Origin: an uncultured Chloroflexia bacterium
GTDB lineage: Bacteria; Chloroflexota; Limnocylindria; Limnocylindrales; CSP1-4
Length of the DNA stretch: 64,000 bases
NCBI GenBank assembly: GCA_963833285.1
Contig: CAWHXM010000005.1
Location: 579,093-643,092, forward strand
Direction of reading: 5' to 3'
Part shown: in pieces, positions 23,370-33,522 of the stretch
How positions within the stretch are numbered: the stretch's first letter is position 1
Layout: every line of letters starts with the position of its first letter
Notes under the pieces: model-generated
Told to the model about the DNA's origin: nothing
The model's input: the letters and a program-made list of their open reading frames with translations, nothing else
Database searches by the model: none
Made by a program: the position numbers and the translations under genes

Positions 23370-24224
23370 ATGCCCGAGCCCGACCTCGTCATCGCGTCGC
23401 GCGACGGCACGCCCATCGCCGCGTTCAGGACCGGTAGCGGGCCGCCGCTCGTCCTCGTCCACGGCACGACCGGCGACCACACGACGTTCCGCGTGGTCGG
23501 ACCGATGTTCGCGGCCGACCGGAGCGTCCACGCCGTGGATCGCCGCGGCCGGGGTGCCTCGGGCGACACGCCGCCGTACGCCATCGAGCGCGAGTTCGAG
23601 GACGTCGCCACCGTGGCCGACGCGCTGGCCGCAGAGCACGGGCACCGGATCGATGTCGTCGGGCATTCGTACGGCGGGCGGGCGGCGCTCGGGGCCGCGC
23701 TCCTGACCGATTCGATCGGGCGCGTCGTCAGCTACGAGGGGGCGCCGACACCGCCCGGGGCGAGCTATCACCCCGCGGGGATCGAGGCACGCCTGCGCGA
23801 GCGGCTCGATGCGGGCGACCGCGACGGCGCGCTCGCGGCGTTCCTGACCGAGGTCGTCGGGATGTCCGCCGCGGACCTCGCCGCCTATCGCGCCGATCCC
23901 GTGTGGCCCGCCCGCGCGGCGGCGGCCGGCACGATCCTGCGCGAGCTGGAGGCGGAGGCCGACCCGGCCGCCTCGCTCGACCGGCTCGCTGCCGTCAGAC
24001 AGCCGGTCCTGCAGATCCTCGGCGGATCGAGCCTGGCGGTGTTCCACGCCGCGACGATGGCCCTCGACGAGCGCCTGGCGGACGGCCGGATCGCCGTCAT
24101 CGACGGCGCCCGTCACGCCGCCCACCACACCCATCCCGACGCCTTCGTCGGCGCGGTGCGGTGGTTCCTGGACCGGGCGCCAACGACCGGTCGCAACTCC
24201 GGTCGCAACTCCGGTCGCAACTAG
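23370..24224 (+). CDS. Alpha/beta hydrolase
   Basis: LVHG, DRRGRG, GHSYG nucleophile elbow, C-terminal His. Confidence 0.88.
   Translation: MPEPDLVIASRDGTPIAAFRTGSGPPLVLVHGTTGDHTTFRVVGPMFAADRSVHAVDRRGRGASGDTPPYAIEREFEDVATVADALAAEHGHRIDVVGHSYGGRAALGAALLTDSIGRVVSYEGAPTPPGASYHPAGIEARLRERLDAGDRDGALAAFLTEVVGMSAADLAAYRADPVWPARAAAAGTILRELEAEADPAASLDRLAAVRQPVLQILGGSSLAVFHAATMALDERLADGRIAVIDGARHAAHHTHPDAFVGAVRWFLDRAPTTGRNSGRNSGRN
24187..24222 (+). repeat. 12-bp tandem repeat x3
   Basis: CCGGTCGCAACT x3, encoding the GRNS-GRNS-GRN tail of the hydrolase. Confidence 0.9.
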
Positions 24225-24237
24225 GGAGGATCAGCCT

Positions 24238-24495
24238 GTGCTCGAGATGAACGTCGTCGGCTGGATCGTCGTCGGGTTCCTGGCCGGCGCCATCTCCGGC
24301 GGCCTGGTCGGCGGCAAGACGGCGCGCGGCTGCCTCCCGAACATCGTGGTCGGGATCCTCGGCGGGCTCATCGGCGGCTGGCTGGCGAGCGACCTCGGCT
24401 TCACCGACGTCCAGGGGTTCATCGCCGCGGTCGTCGTCGCCGTCTTCGGATCGATCATCATCCGCCTCGTCCTGAACGCGATCAACGACCGCTGA
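24238..24495 (+). CDS. GlsB/YeaQ/YmgE family (transglycosylase-associated) membrane protein
   Basis: GWIVVGFLAG...NIVVGILGGLIGGW; GGAGG RBS. Confidence 0.88.
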   Translation: MLEMNVVGWIVVGFLAGAISGGLVGGKTARGCLPNIVVGILGGLIGGWLASDLGFTDVQGFIAAVVVAVFGSIIIRLVLNAINDR

Positions 24496-24618
24496 CACGG
24501 GTACCGACGGGTCGCGGCACTGCCAGAAGGACCTTCCTCGATGACTATTGGCACGGGGACGCCGGTCGCGCCACGCGGCAATGTGCGGACCGTGATCGAG
24601 CGGGCTACCCTTGATGCA

Positions 24619-25728
24619 ATGACCGACGCACCGATGCCCGAGCGCCGTCCGTACTCACCCGGCCTCGAGGGCGTCATCGCCGGCGAGACCTCGCTCGGTT
24701 ACGTCGATGGCGAGCGCGGGCGCCTGCTGTATCGGGGCTTCCGCATCGGCGACCTCGTCGAGCACGGCTCCTACCCGGCGGTCGCGAACCTGCTGTGGAC
24801 CGGCGATTGGGACCGGGCCCATCGGCTCCCGACGGCCCCGCTCCCAGTTGCCGTCCTGACGGTCCTGCGCGCGCTGCCGACGACGACCAAGCCGATGGAT
24901 GCCCTCCGGACTGCGGTCTCGACCTGGGGCGCGACCCAGGACCTGCCGTGGCCGCCGACGCCCGAGCAGGCCCGGGCGATCACCTCGTTCTCACCGTCGG
25001 CGCTCGCGGCGTTCGCTCGTCTGCGCGCGGGCGAGGACCCGGTCGACCCGGATCCCGCCCTCGACCTCGTCGAAGGCTTCCTCTACCAGCTCAAGGGCGT
25101 ACGGCCGGATGCGGCCACGGCCCGGGCGCTCGACGCCTATTTCATCGTCTGCTCCGAGCACGGGTTCAACGCCTCGACGTTCACGGCACGGGTCGTCACC
25201 TCGACGCGCTCGGATATCGCGTCGGCCGTCGCCGCCGCGATCGGGACGATGAAGGGCCCCCTCCACGGCGGAGCACCGTCTGAGGTGGTCGACCAGCTCG
25301 CGCGGGTCGGGTCCGCCGACCATGCCGAGGCCTGGGTCCGCGACGCGCTGGCCCGCGGCGAGCGGCTGATGGGCTTCGGCCATCGCGTGTACCGCGCGTA
25401 CGACCCGCGAGCCGCGGCCCTGCGCAAGGTCGCCGAGGGGATGCCCAACCGACCCGACTGGCTCCAGCTCGCGATCGACGTCGAGGACGTCTCGCTCCGC
25501 GTCCTCGCCGAGCAGCACCCCGAGCGCCCGCTCAAGACCAACGTCGAGTACTACGCGGCGCCCGTGCTGATGGGCGTCGGCCTGACCCCCGATCTGTTCC
25601 CGGCCACCTTCTCGCTCGCGCGCCACGCGGGTTGGACGGCGCACATCCTCGAACAGGCCGCCGACAACCGGCTCATCCGGCCCGACGTCAACTACATCGG
25701 CCCCGCGGAGCGCGACCTCCCGGCGTAG
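24619..25728 (+). CDS. Citrate synthase (CitA / type 2-like)
   Basis: GLEGVIAGET, EHGFNASTF, LHGGAP, MGFGHRVY, TNVEYY. Confidence 0.92.
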   Translation: MTDAPMPERRPYSPGLEGVIAGETSLGYVDGERGRLLYRGFRIGDLVEHGSYPAVANLLWTGDWDRAHRLPTAPLPVAVLTVLRALPTTTKPMDALRTAVSTWGATQDLPWPPTPEQARAITSFSPSALAAFARLRAGEDPVDPDPALDLVEGFLYQLKGVRPDAATARALDAYFIVCSEHGFNASTFTARVVTSTRSDIASAVAAAIGTMKGPLHGGAPSEVVDQLARVGSADHAEAWVRDALARGERLMGFGHRVYRAYDPRAAALRKVAEGMPNRPDWLQLAIDVEDVSLRVLAEQHPERPLKTNVEYYAAPVLMGVGLTPDLFPATFSLARHAGWTAHILEQAADNRLIRPDVNYIGPAERDLPA

Positions 25729-26702
25729 GCCGATTCGAGCTGCGTCGACTCGATCGCCGGCCGAGCGAGGAACCCGCTGACCAGGGCCGCCACCCGCGCC
25801 GGCTCATCGAACCAGGGCATGTGGCCCGCGCCCTCGATCAGTGCCAAAGAGCCGTTCGGCAGGGCCGTGGTGAACGCCTGCCAGATGCCGGCGTCGCCCG
25901 TCCCGTCGGTGCTCCCGTACACGAGGAGCACGGGCACCTCGATCGCCCGGAGCGCGTCGACGTCGAAGGTGATCCCTGCCCGATAGGCCGAGCCGTCGAC
26001 GACCCGGCGCGCCATCGTTCGTTCGTGCCGCATCGACATCGTCGCGGTGTCGTTCGCGACACGCCACTCGATGAACGCATCCGGGATGCGGCCGGCGTCC
26101 AAACTCGCCCCGTGCCCGCTGTCGCGGAGGATCGAGCGGACCCGATCCGGGCTGACGGGCAGGCGAACGATGATCGCTCCGATCGGCGAGGTTACGATCC
26201 GGATGAACGGCGGGACGGGGACGGCCGGGACGAGTGGGCCGCCGCCGAGCAGGGCGACGCGGCCGACCCGATCCGGATGGTGTTCGGTGAGGCTGAGCGC
26301 CCACAGATCACCGATCGACCCGCCGACCACGTCCGCCCGGTCGATGTCGAGCGAATCGAGCAACGCGGCGAGCAGGTCCGCGACGTAGGCTCGGTAACCG
26401 CCACTCGGATACTCCACCGGCGTGCTGAGACCCCATCCGGGACGGTCGAGGACGAGACACCGGAACCCCGGCAGGCCGGCGACCATCGACGGCCACGATC
26501 CCGGACCGACCGTGCCATGGAGGAACAGCACCGGCGATCCGGCTCCCGCCTCCAGCAGGCGAAGCCTCGCTCGCGGCCGGGCGATCTCGACGAACCGCTC
26601 CCGTGGCACCAATCCGTAGTGCTGCCAGAGCCGCGTCTCTGCGGCGAGATATCGCTCGATCGCCGAGGTTCGACGCTGCGTCGCGATCGCGTGGTCAGTC
26701 AT
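25692..26702 (-). CDS. Alpha/beta hydrolase
   Basis: LFLHG, DRPGWG, GGSIG, GAGHMPW; AAGGGG RBS. Confidence 0.85.
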   Translation of the reverse strand: MTDHAIATQRRTSAIERYLAAETRLWQHYGLVPRERFVEIARPRARLRLLEAGAGSPVLFLHGTVGPGSWPSMVAGLPGFRCLVLDRPGWGLSTPVEYPSGGYRAYVADLLAALLDSLDIDRADVVGGSIGDLWALSLTEHHPDRVGRVALLGGGPLVPAVPVPPFIRIVTSPIGAIIVRLPVSPDRVRSILRDSGHGASLDAGRIPDAFIEWRVANDTATMSMRHERTMARRVVDGSAYRAGITFDVDALRAIEVPVLLVYGSTDGTGDAGIWQAFTTALPNGSLALIEGAGHMPWFDEPARVAALVSGFLARPAIESTQLESAYAGRSRSAGPM

Positions 26703-26729
26703 CGGAACAACCCCTTTCGGAATCGTGGC

Positions 26730-27866
26730 TCAGCGAGCGGCAGGCGCGGGTGCCACCGCAGTGGCACCGTCGCGAGCACGTACTCCCTTCGCGATCTGCT
26801 GGACGACGTAGCTCGCGTCGCGGCCGGCGCCGGCGACGAGCATCGACGTGAAGGCGTACTGGAACGGGACGCCCAGGAAGTACAGGCCCGGCACCGTCGG
26901 GCTGATGCCACGCTCCTCGATCGGCCAGCCATCCTCGCCGACGATCGGCGCGGCGACGAACGCGTAGTCGGGCCGGTAGCCGGTGGCCCAGATCACGTTC
27001 GCCACGTCGAGCACGGTGCCGTCGGCGAGCACCGGCCGGCCGTCCCGCACGCCGACGGTCTTCGCGTCGTGACGCTCGACACCGGCCCGGTCCAGGTCTC
27101 CCAGCCGGACTCGGAGGAGTGGGCCGCCGCCCTTGCGGATCTCCGGGCGCATCCGCCGCCCCATCGGCGTACGCAACGTGAGAACGTGTGCGAACACGAA
27201 CTCGACGACCGGCCAGCCGAGCATGGCCCGCTTCGTATCGGTGACCCGGATCGGCATCTGGCCATGTGACCTGCCGGAGAGGATGGTCCGGTGGCCGGCG
27301 TTGGCGACCTCGAACGCGATGTCGGCGCCGGAGTGCGACAGGCCGACGACCAGGACGGGGCCGGCACTGAGCTGGGCCGGGTTGCGGTACTCGTGCGAAT
27401 GGAGCTGCCGGATCGACGGGTCGAGCTCAACGGCGAACGCCGGGACGTTGGGCTCCCGGAACGGCCCGGTCGCGACGATGACCTGGCGTGCGGCGAGTCG
27501 CCCGCCGTCCGCGGACGACACGACGAAGCCGCCGTCGACCGGCTCGACGCGATCGACGCGCGCCCCACTCCGGACGGGCAGGTCGAACCGTCGAGCGTAG
27601 GCCTCGAGGTAGTCGCCCATCTCGCGACCGGTCGGCCAGTGGGACGACGGCGCGGGGAAGCGCATGCCGGGGAGCGAGTCATAGCGGGCCGGGCTGTAGA
27701 GCTTGAGCGTGTCCCAACGGTCGCGCCAGTGGTCGCCGATCCGCGGGTCGGCGTCGAGGATCGCGAAGGGCAGGCCGCGCTTGGCGAGGTAGTAGCCGGC
27801 CGAGAGGCCCGCCTGTCCGGCACCGATGACGATCGTGTCGATCCACTGCGTGTTCCGTCCGTCCAT
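26730..27866 (-). CDS. Flavin-containing monooxygenase (CzcO/TrkA-like NAD(P)/FAD oxidoreductase)
   Basis: GAGQAGL, GDHWRDRW, LHSHEYRNP, WATGYRPD. Confidence 0.88.
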   Translation of the reverse strand: MDGRNTQWIDTIVIGAGQAGLSAGYYLAKRGLPFAILDADPRIGDHWRDRWDTLKLYSPARYDSLPGMRFPAPSSHWPTGREMGDYLEAYARRFDLPVRSGARVDRVEPVDGGFVVSSADGGRLAARQVIVATGPFREPNVPAFAVELDPSIRQLHSHEYRNPAQLSAGPVLVVGLSHSGADIAFEVANAGHRTILSGRSHGQMPIRVTDTKRAMLGWPVVEFVFAHVLTLRTPMGRRMRPEIRKGGGPLLRVRLGDLDRAGVERHDAKTVGVRDGRPVLADGTVLDVANVIWATGYRPDYAFVAAPIVGEDGWPIEERGISPTVPGLYFLGVPFQYAFTSMLVAGAGRDASYVVQQIAKGVRARDGATAVAPAPAAR

Positions 27867-28009
27867 CACCGGCCCCCTTGCCGCTCCGTCGTTAGAGTTC
27901 GGAGGCGACCGGGTCGCCCGATCGCCATGCCAGACGCTATCGACGGCGGGGCCGCGCGCGCATCGGCGGTACTACCCAAACCGCGGGAGCGAGCGAATGG
28001 GTACCTCGA

Positions 28010-29659
28010 TCAGACGAGGCCGTGCTCGTAGGCGAACGCCGTGGCCGCGGCGCGCGTGGATACGTCGAGCTTCGTGAAGATGTTGCTGACGTGCCGGTCG
28101 ACGGTACGTTCGCTGATGCTCAGCGCCTCGGCGATCGCCCGGTTCGTCATGCCGGCGGCAACGAGTCCCAGGACCTCGACCTCGCGCGCGCTCAGGCCCC
28201 AGGGCGCACCCGGAGCGCCCGCATCGACAGCGACGTCAAGCCGCGCCAGGTCCGGCGCAGCCCCGAGTCGCACGAACACCTCGCGCGCCGCGTCCGCTTC
28301 GAGCGTCGCGCCGTCGGCGTCGCCGAGCGTCCGACAGGCGGCCGCCGTCAGGACCCGGACACGGGCCGCGTCATACGGAGCATCGAGGGCCGCCCAGGCC
28401 TCCCACGCCCGGCGGAGGACGCTCAGCGCGCCCTCGACGTCCCCTTCCGCCAGGCGCACCGCGCCCTCGGCCCGGAGGGCCATCGCCCGGAGGAGCGGCG
28501 CGTCGGCCTGCGCGGCCATCGCGGCGAGTCGATCGGCCGACTCGCGGGCGGTCACCACGTCATCCGCCGCCAGTGCGATCTCGACCGCGGGCTCGAGCAG
28601 CTTCGAGCGCACGAGGTCGTCGACCGCCTCGGCCAGGGCGCGTCGGATCGCCGTGGTGGCCGCCCCGACGTCGCCCTGCGCCAGTCGCAGCAGTGCGTGG
28701 CCGGGCTCGGGGAGTCGCCCCCATGATCCAGCCTCGCGGTAGCCGATCTCGGCCGACTCGAACGCCCCGCGCAGTCGGTCGAGCTCCGCGAGCTCGTAGA
28801 TCGCCTCGCCGACGCCGGGCTCGGGCGGCGGTCTTGACAGCCAGTCGCGGGCACGCTCGGCCTCGATCCCGGCGTCCTGCCAGGCGCCGTGGAGACGCAT
28901 GAGCTCGGCGCGGTAAACGAGGCAGTTACCCCGGAACGGGACGAGCTCAGGTTGCGAATCGAGCCAGCGTGTGAGCGCGGAGGTCCATTCCTGCGCGCGA
29001 CGCAGGTCGTACAGCTGCTGGCAGGCCTCGATGACCGCGCAGTAGACGATGCCCGACACGATCGGCGAGATCTCGCCGGCGATCACCGCGGTCATCGCCT
29101 CGTCGAGCAGCGGGAGGCCACGACGTACCTGGTTCATCGCGATCAGGGATTGCCCGCGGCCGAGCTGGCCGAGGGTGGCCAGGTCCCGATCGCCAAACCG
29201 GTCCGCGATGGCGGCGACCTGCTCGAAGGTCGCGAACGCGGTCGCGGGATCGCCCGACATCAGCGACCTCAGGCCGTCAGGGATAAGGAGGCGCCCGCGC
29301 TCGGATCCGTCGTATCCCGTGTCCTCGACGAGCCGCGCCGCACGGGCGAGCCAACCGCCTGACTGGGCCATCTCGCCACGCTGCATGAGTGCCATCCCGA
29401 GCGAGATGGCGACCCGGATCCCGAGCTCGACGTTCCCGTCGCGGATCGCCTCGAGGTGGGCGCGAGAACCCACCGCGGCGGACACCTCGGGGCGGCCGGT
29501 GAGGTACGCCGCGATCCCCAGCCGCTCGAGGTCCTCGGCGCCGAGGTCGCCCGCCGCGTCGGCGGCGGTCAGGTTCTCGAAGGCTTCGCCCCAGGCGTGA
29601 CGCTCGTATGCCCGACGCCCTGCAGCGAGCGCGGGATCGATGGTCTTCTGGATCGGCAT
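28010..29659 (-). CDS. LuxR-family transcriptional regulator (helical N-terminal region + C-terminal HTH)
   Basis: C-terminal LSAREVEVLGLVAAGMTNRAIAEALSISERTVDRHVSNIFTKL. Confidence 0.92.
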   Translation of the reverse strand: MPIQKTIDPALAAGRRAYERHAWGEAFENLTAADAAGDLGAEDLERLGIAAYLTGRPEVSAAVGSRAHLEAIRDGNVELGIRVAISLGMALMQRGEMAQSGGWLARAARLVEDTGYDGSERGRLLIPDGLRSLMSGDPATAFATFEQVAAIADRFGDRDLATLGQLGRGQSLIAMNQVRRGLPLLDEAMTAVIAGEISPIVSGIVYCAVIEACQQLYDLRRAQEWTSALTRWLDSQPELVPFRGNCLVYRAELMRLHGAWQDAGIEAERARDWLSRPPPEPGVGEAIYELAELDRLRGAFESAEIGYREAGSWGRLPEPGHALLRLAQGDVGAATTAIRRALAEAVDDLVRSKLLEPAVEIALAADDVVTARESADRLAAMAAQADAPLLRAMALRAEGAVRLAEGDVEGALSVLRRAWEAWAALDAPYDAARVRVLTAAACRTLGDADGATLEADAAREVFVRLGAAPDLARLDVAVDAGAPGAPWGLSAREVEVLGLVAAGMTNRAIAEALSISERTVDRHVSNIFTKLDVSTRAAATAFAYEHGLV

Positions 29660-29740
29660 GCACGGCCACCGTTCGAACCCGGGCGTCGACCGCCTCGGGG
29701 TCGCTCATGCTACGCGGGCGATGTCGCGAGAGCCAGCCCG

Positions 29741-30745
29741 CTACAACCAGCCGCGCCGCCGGAAGTAGGCGACGAGGGCGATCAGCAACAGCGCCATCAG
29801 GAGCATGATCGCGAGGAAGGAGAACTCCTGGCTCTGGCCGGGGACCGGAACGTTCATGCCGAAGATGCTGGCGATGAGGGTCAGCGGCAGGAGGATGACG
29901 CTGACCGCGGTCAGGACCCGGAGGGAGTCGTTGAGGCGGTGCGACAACACCGACTCGTTCGTGGATTCGAGGCCCTCGATGACCTCCTTGTAGTTCTCGA
30001 GCGTGTCCCAGATCCGCTCGGCGGCGTCGGAGATGTCGTCGAAGTAGATCTCGAGCTCTTCCTGGAGGTAGCGCTGCTTGGTGCGCTCGAGGTCGCGCAG
30101 GACCGCCCGCTGTGGGCGCACGATCCGGCGGAAGTTGATGATCTCCTGCTTCGCCTCGGAGATATCGCGGACGATCTCCGACGAGCGGCCCTCGAAGATG
30201 TCGTCCTCGATGCGGTCCAGCTTGACCGCCATCTTGCGGAGCATCGGGAACGACGCGTCGACGCACGTGTCGACGATCTTGTAGAGCAGATAGCCGGTGC
30301 CCTTCGCGAACGTCTCCTCGCGCAGGTCGTCCTTCTCGCGGTAGCGCTCGAACATCGCCGCCAGCGGCGGGAGCGGGATGTTCGGCAGCGTGATGAGGTA
30401 ATCCGGACCCATGAACAGGTCGAGCTCGGCGGTCAGGATCCGCCCGGTCTCCTTCTCGAACATCGGGAAGTGCAGGACGATGAACACGTAGTCGTCGTAC
30501 TGGTCGAGCTTGGGCCGGTTGTTCCGCGAGTAGACGTCCTCGTAGTCGAGGGGGTGGAAGTCGAACTGGCCTTCGAGCCAGTCGCGATCGGCCGTGCGCG
30601 GCAATTCGATGTGGATCCAGCGGATCCCCGCGGCGGCGATGATGTCGGGCGTCGCGACGGGGACCGCGGAGGCCAGCTCGGCGGGCATGACCTGCCGCCG
30701 GCCGCGCGGCCGCGGGAGTGGGCGCGGGAAGGCGAGGTTCGGCAC
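29741..30745 (-). CDS. corA: CorA-family Mg2+/Co2+ transporter
   Basis: FHPLDYED, RPKLD and the GMN motif with two C-terminal TM. The GTG start was chosen from a TACGAT -10 lying 6 nt upstream. Confidence 0.92.
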   Translation of the reverse strand: MPNLAFPRPLPRPRGRRQVMPAELASAVPVATPDIIAAAGIRWIHIELPRTADRDWLEGQFDFHPLDYEDVYSRNNRPKLDQYDDYVFIVLHFPMFEKETGRILTAELDLFMGPDYLITLPNIPLPPLAAMFERYREKDDLREETFAKGTGYLLYKIVDTCVDASFPMLRKMAVKLDRIEDDIFEGRSSEIVRDISEAKQEIINFRRIVRPQRAVLRDLERTKQRYLQEELEIYFDDISDAAERIWDTLENYKEVIEGLESTNESVLSHRLNDSLRVLTAVSVILLPLTLIASIFGMNVPVPGQSQEFSFLAIMLLMALLLIALVAYFRRRGWL

Positions 30746-30945
30746 GCGACCATCGTAGCGGCAGGGTCTCGCGGCGGATGCCCAGGGTCCGGGAATGGTC
30801 CCGCGCTGCGCCCATCGGGTACCTCGACCCACCCGAACGGGGTACATTTGACCTAGCCCACCAAGCGGACGCGACGGAAGGGCGCCGTCCGTTCGAATCG
30901 CCCGAGGGAGACGATGACGACGACCCCGCTGGCATCCACGCGACG

Positions 30946-31854
30946 ATGACCGACCTGTCCGCCTACGGTGCGCTCGGCCGGCGACCGCTGAGCTGGCAGT
31001 GGTTCGACCCGTCGCGGCTGCCTCGGACACCGGTCGTCGGGATGCTCGTCGCCGCCGCGATCTGGCTCGCCATCGTCGCGCTGGCGCAGCCGGACATCGG
31101 TCCGTGGCGAACCGGCCAGGAGGCGCTGTCGTACTGGGCCCCACGGCTCGACGCCCCGTACGCCCAGGCGAACTGGACCACGACCGGCGCGTATGTCTAC
31201 TCCCCGGCATTCCTCCAGCTCGTGTCGCCGCTCCAACACTTGCCGTGGCTCGCCTTCGTCGGCGTGTGGACCGCGCTGCTCCTCCTCGCGGTCCGCTTCC
31301 TGACCGGGCCCCGGCTGTTCGTCGTCGGGGTCCTGCTGGCCTCGGCCGAGCTGGCCGGCGGGAACATCTCGCTCCTGCTCGCCGTCGCCATCGTCCTCGG
31401 GTTCCGCTGGCCGGCGGCCTGGGCGCTCATCCTGCTGACCAAGGTCTCGCCCGGGATCGGGCTCATCTGGTTCGCCGTGCGTCGGGAGTGGCGCAACCTC
31501 GGGATCGCCATCGGGGCGACCGTCCTCGTCGTCGCGACCTCGGCGGCCATCATGCCCTGGGCATGGGCCGACTGGATCGCGGTGTTGATGCATGTCGCCG
31601 GGCGCGACGGAACGTGGGCGGCGGTCCCGATCCCGTTCCCGGTTCGCGTCCCGTTCGCGATCGCGCTGGTGGTCTGGGGCGCGCGGACCGATCGACGCTG
31701 GACGGTGCCGGTCGCCTGCATGCTGGCCCTCCCGGCGCTGTGGTACGGCGGCCTGACGATGCTCCTCGCGATCATCGTCCTGCGCGACCCAGCATCGAAG
31801 CCCGACGGGTCGCCGGCAGGCGTGCAAGCCGGCGCGACGGCGATCTCGCACTGA
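30946..31854 (+). CDS. GT87/DUF2029-like polytopic glycosyltransferase
   Basis: YVYSPAF, GNISLLL, LTKVSPG; multiple TM segments. Confidence 0.75.
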   Translation: MTDLSAYGALGRRPLSWQWFDPSRLPRTPVVGMLVAAAIWLAIVALAQPDIGPWRTGQEALSYWAPRLDAPYAQANWTTTGAYVYSPAFLQLVSPLQHLPWLAFVGVWTALLLLAVRFLTGPRLFVVGVLLASAELAGGNISLLLAVAIVLGFRWPAAWALILLTKVSPGIGLIWFAVRREWRNLGIAIGATVLVVATSAAIMPWAWADWIAVLMHVAGRDGTWAAVPIPFPVRVPFAIALVVWGARTDRRWTVPVACMLALPALWYGGLTMLLAIIVLRDPASKPDGSPAGVQAGATAISH

Positions 31855-31943
31855 CCATCGCGGATCGGGTTGTCCGCAGTGCGTCGCTCGTCGCCCTGTT
31901 GCCGGCGGCCGGCGTAGTGGCGCGTCGTCGGCCGGGCTGACGC

Positions 31944-33251
31944 TCAGAGCTCGCTGGCCACTCCCGGGGCCGGGGTTCCGGCGGCCGTGTCCGCGTCGCG
32001 GCCCCCAGCAGTCTCGCCGGCCGCCCCGCCGCGTCGACGGACGATGGTCACCGCCCCGAACAGGAACACGGCCGAGCCGGCGATGAACAGCCCGTGGACG
32101 CCGCTGACCGATGCGACGACCGCGCCGACCGCCGGACCGATGATCCCGGCCGCATACAGCGGCAGGTAGACGAGGTTGAGGGCCGCCGATCGCCGTTCGG
32201 CCGGGAGCTCGGTGGCGAGCAGCCCGAAGATCATCGAGCTGACCGTCGCGGTCGCCGCACCGAGGACGACGGCCAGCAAGGCGAGGCCCCCGACCGACCC
32301 GGCGAGCGGCATGAGGAACAGCACCGCGCTCGCGCCGCCGAGCGCCGCGACAAGGACGGATCGGAAGCCGACCCGGTCGCCGAGCACGCCACCGAGCGGC
32401 GACACGAGGGCACCAACGAGCGCGGCCGTCCCCATCACGAGGGCGATCGACGACGCGAGGCCCGGTCCGACGCCGGTGATGCCCTCGACGAGGACGGGGA
32501 TGTACGGCCGGCTCATCTGGATCGCCACGAACGAGATCCCGAAGATGACGAAGATCCGCCGGGTCGGCGCGTCGGTCAGCACCCCGCGCAACGATGCCCG
32601 GGCAAGGTCGACGATCCGCCCGCTCGGCACGACCTCCGGGCGGACCTCCTTCGAACCGAATGTGACGAGGAGCGCGGTCCCCACCGACAGCAGGGCCGAG
32701 AAGGCGAAGACCGGCGGCAGTGCCCAGCCGAAGCCGTCGATGAGGATGCCCGCCAGCGCCGGCCCGATCGCGAACCCGATCGGTCCCGATGCGCCGAAGA
32801 TCGCGATGGTCGTGCCGAGCCGGGCCCGCGGCGTGACGTCGCGGATGCCGGCCAGCATGATCCCGGTGTTGCCGAGCTGGAACCCGATGAGCAGCATCGC
32901 CAGCGCCACCTGCCAGGGTTCGCGAGCAAGGGCCACCCCGGCGAAGACGACGGCCTCGACGAGCGCGCTCCGGACGATGACCACCTTGCGGCTGTACTTG
33001 TCGGCCCACGCACCCCACAACGGGACGAGGGGCATGCCGACGACGAAGATCAGCGCGCTGAAGACCCCAATGAAGGCCAGCCGGTCGGAGGTCGCGACAC
33101 CCATCTCGCGCAGGTATGTCGGGAGCAGCGCGAAGATCTGGCTGACACCAAGCCCCTCGACCATGGAGGTGGCCCAGAACACCGCCACGAGGAGCCGCCA
33201 GTCCTGGGCGGGGCGGGATCGGGCGGGGGCCAGGGCGCCGGTAGCGGACAC
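31944..33251 (-). CDS. MFS transporter (12 TM)
   Basis: Motif A twice (WGAWADKYSRK, GVLGDRVGFR). Confidence 0.9.
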   Translation of the reverse strand: MSATGALAPARSRPAQDWRLLVAVFWATSMVEGLGVSQIFALLPTYLREMGVATSDRLAFIGVFSALIFVVGMPLVPLWGAWADKYSRKVVIVRSALVEAVVFAGVALAREPWQVALAMLLIGFQLGNTGIMLAGIRDVTPRARLGTTIAIFGASGPIGFAIGPALAGILIDGFGWALPPVFAFSALLSVGTALLVTFGSKEVRPEVVPSGRIVDLARASLRGVLTDAPTRRIFVIFGISFVAIQMSRPYIPVLVEGITGVGPGLASSIALVMGTAALVGALVSPLGGVLGDRVGFRSVLVAALGGASAVLFLMPLAGSVGGLALLAVVLGAATATVSSMIFGLLATELPAERRSAALNLVYLPLYAAGIIGPAVGAVVASVSGVHGLFIAGSAVFLFGAVTIVRRRGGAAGETAGGRDADTAAGTPAPGVASEL

Positions 33252-33334
33252 ACCGCGAGCCTAGCCGATGGGCCAGTGGGCCGGTGGGCCGGCACCAGGC
33301 CACCGGAACGTCGACTCGCCGGACACGCGAAAGC

Positions 33335-33515
33335 GCCCGAAGGAACTGGTGGGGACCTCCGTTCGACGGGTCCTGAGGCTACGAACAAGTCCGCAGTCCC
33401 TGGTCGTCGCCGAGTCCCTCGCTCGCCGGCCTTGCGACCTGCGAACCCGGTTCCCGGGACCGTCTCGAGGATCACTCCTCGAACCGGTCTGGCGGTTCAA
33501 CCTGCCCCTTCGGGC
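33335..33515 (-). ncRNA. Candidate 181-nt structured non-coding RNA (6S-sized, family not recognised)
   Basis: The ends pair (GCCCGAAGG/CCUUCGGGC); internal hairpins carry GUGA, GCAA and CUUG tetraloops; G-U pairs work only on the minus strand; a promoter lies directly upstream. Confidence 0.7.
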
Positions 33516-33522
33516 AAGACGA

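Noticed and set aside
25530-25560. Inactive citrate synthase (NVD changed to NVE)
   Set aside because: Glu at this position is typical of the CitA/type-2 subgroup as I recall it; the catalytic His motifs are intact.
33335-33515. Known riboswitch, SRP RNA, RNase P RNA, tmRNA or raiA motif
   Set aside because: Short resemblances (CCGAAGG, GAGGGAC, GGGAACC) are not accompanied by the other conserved elements as I recall them; left as unknown pending an Rfam search.
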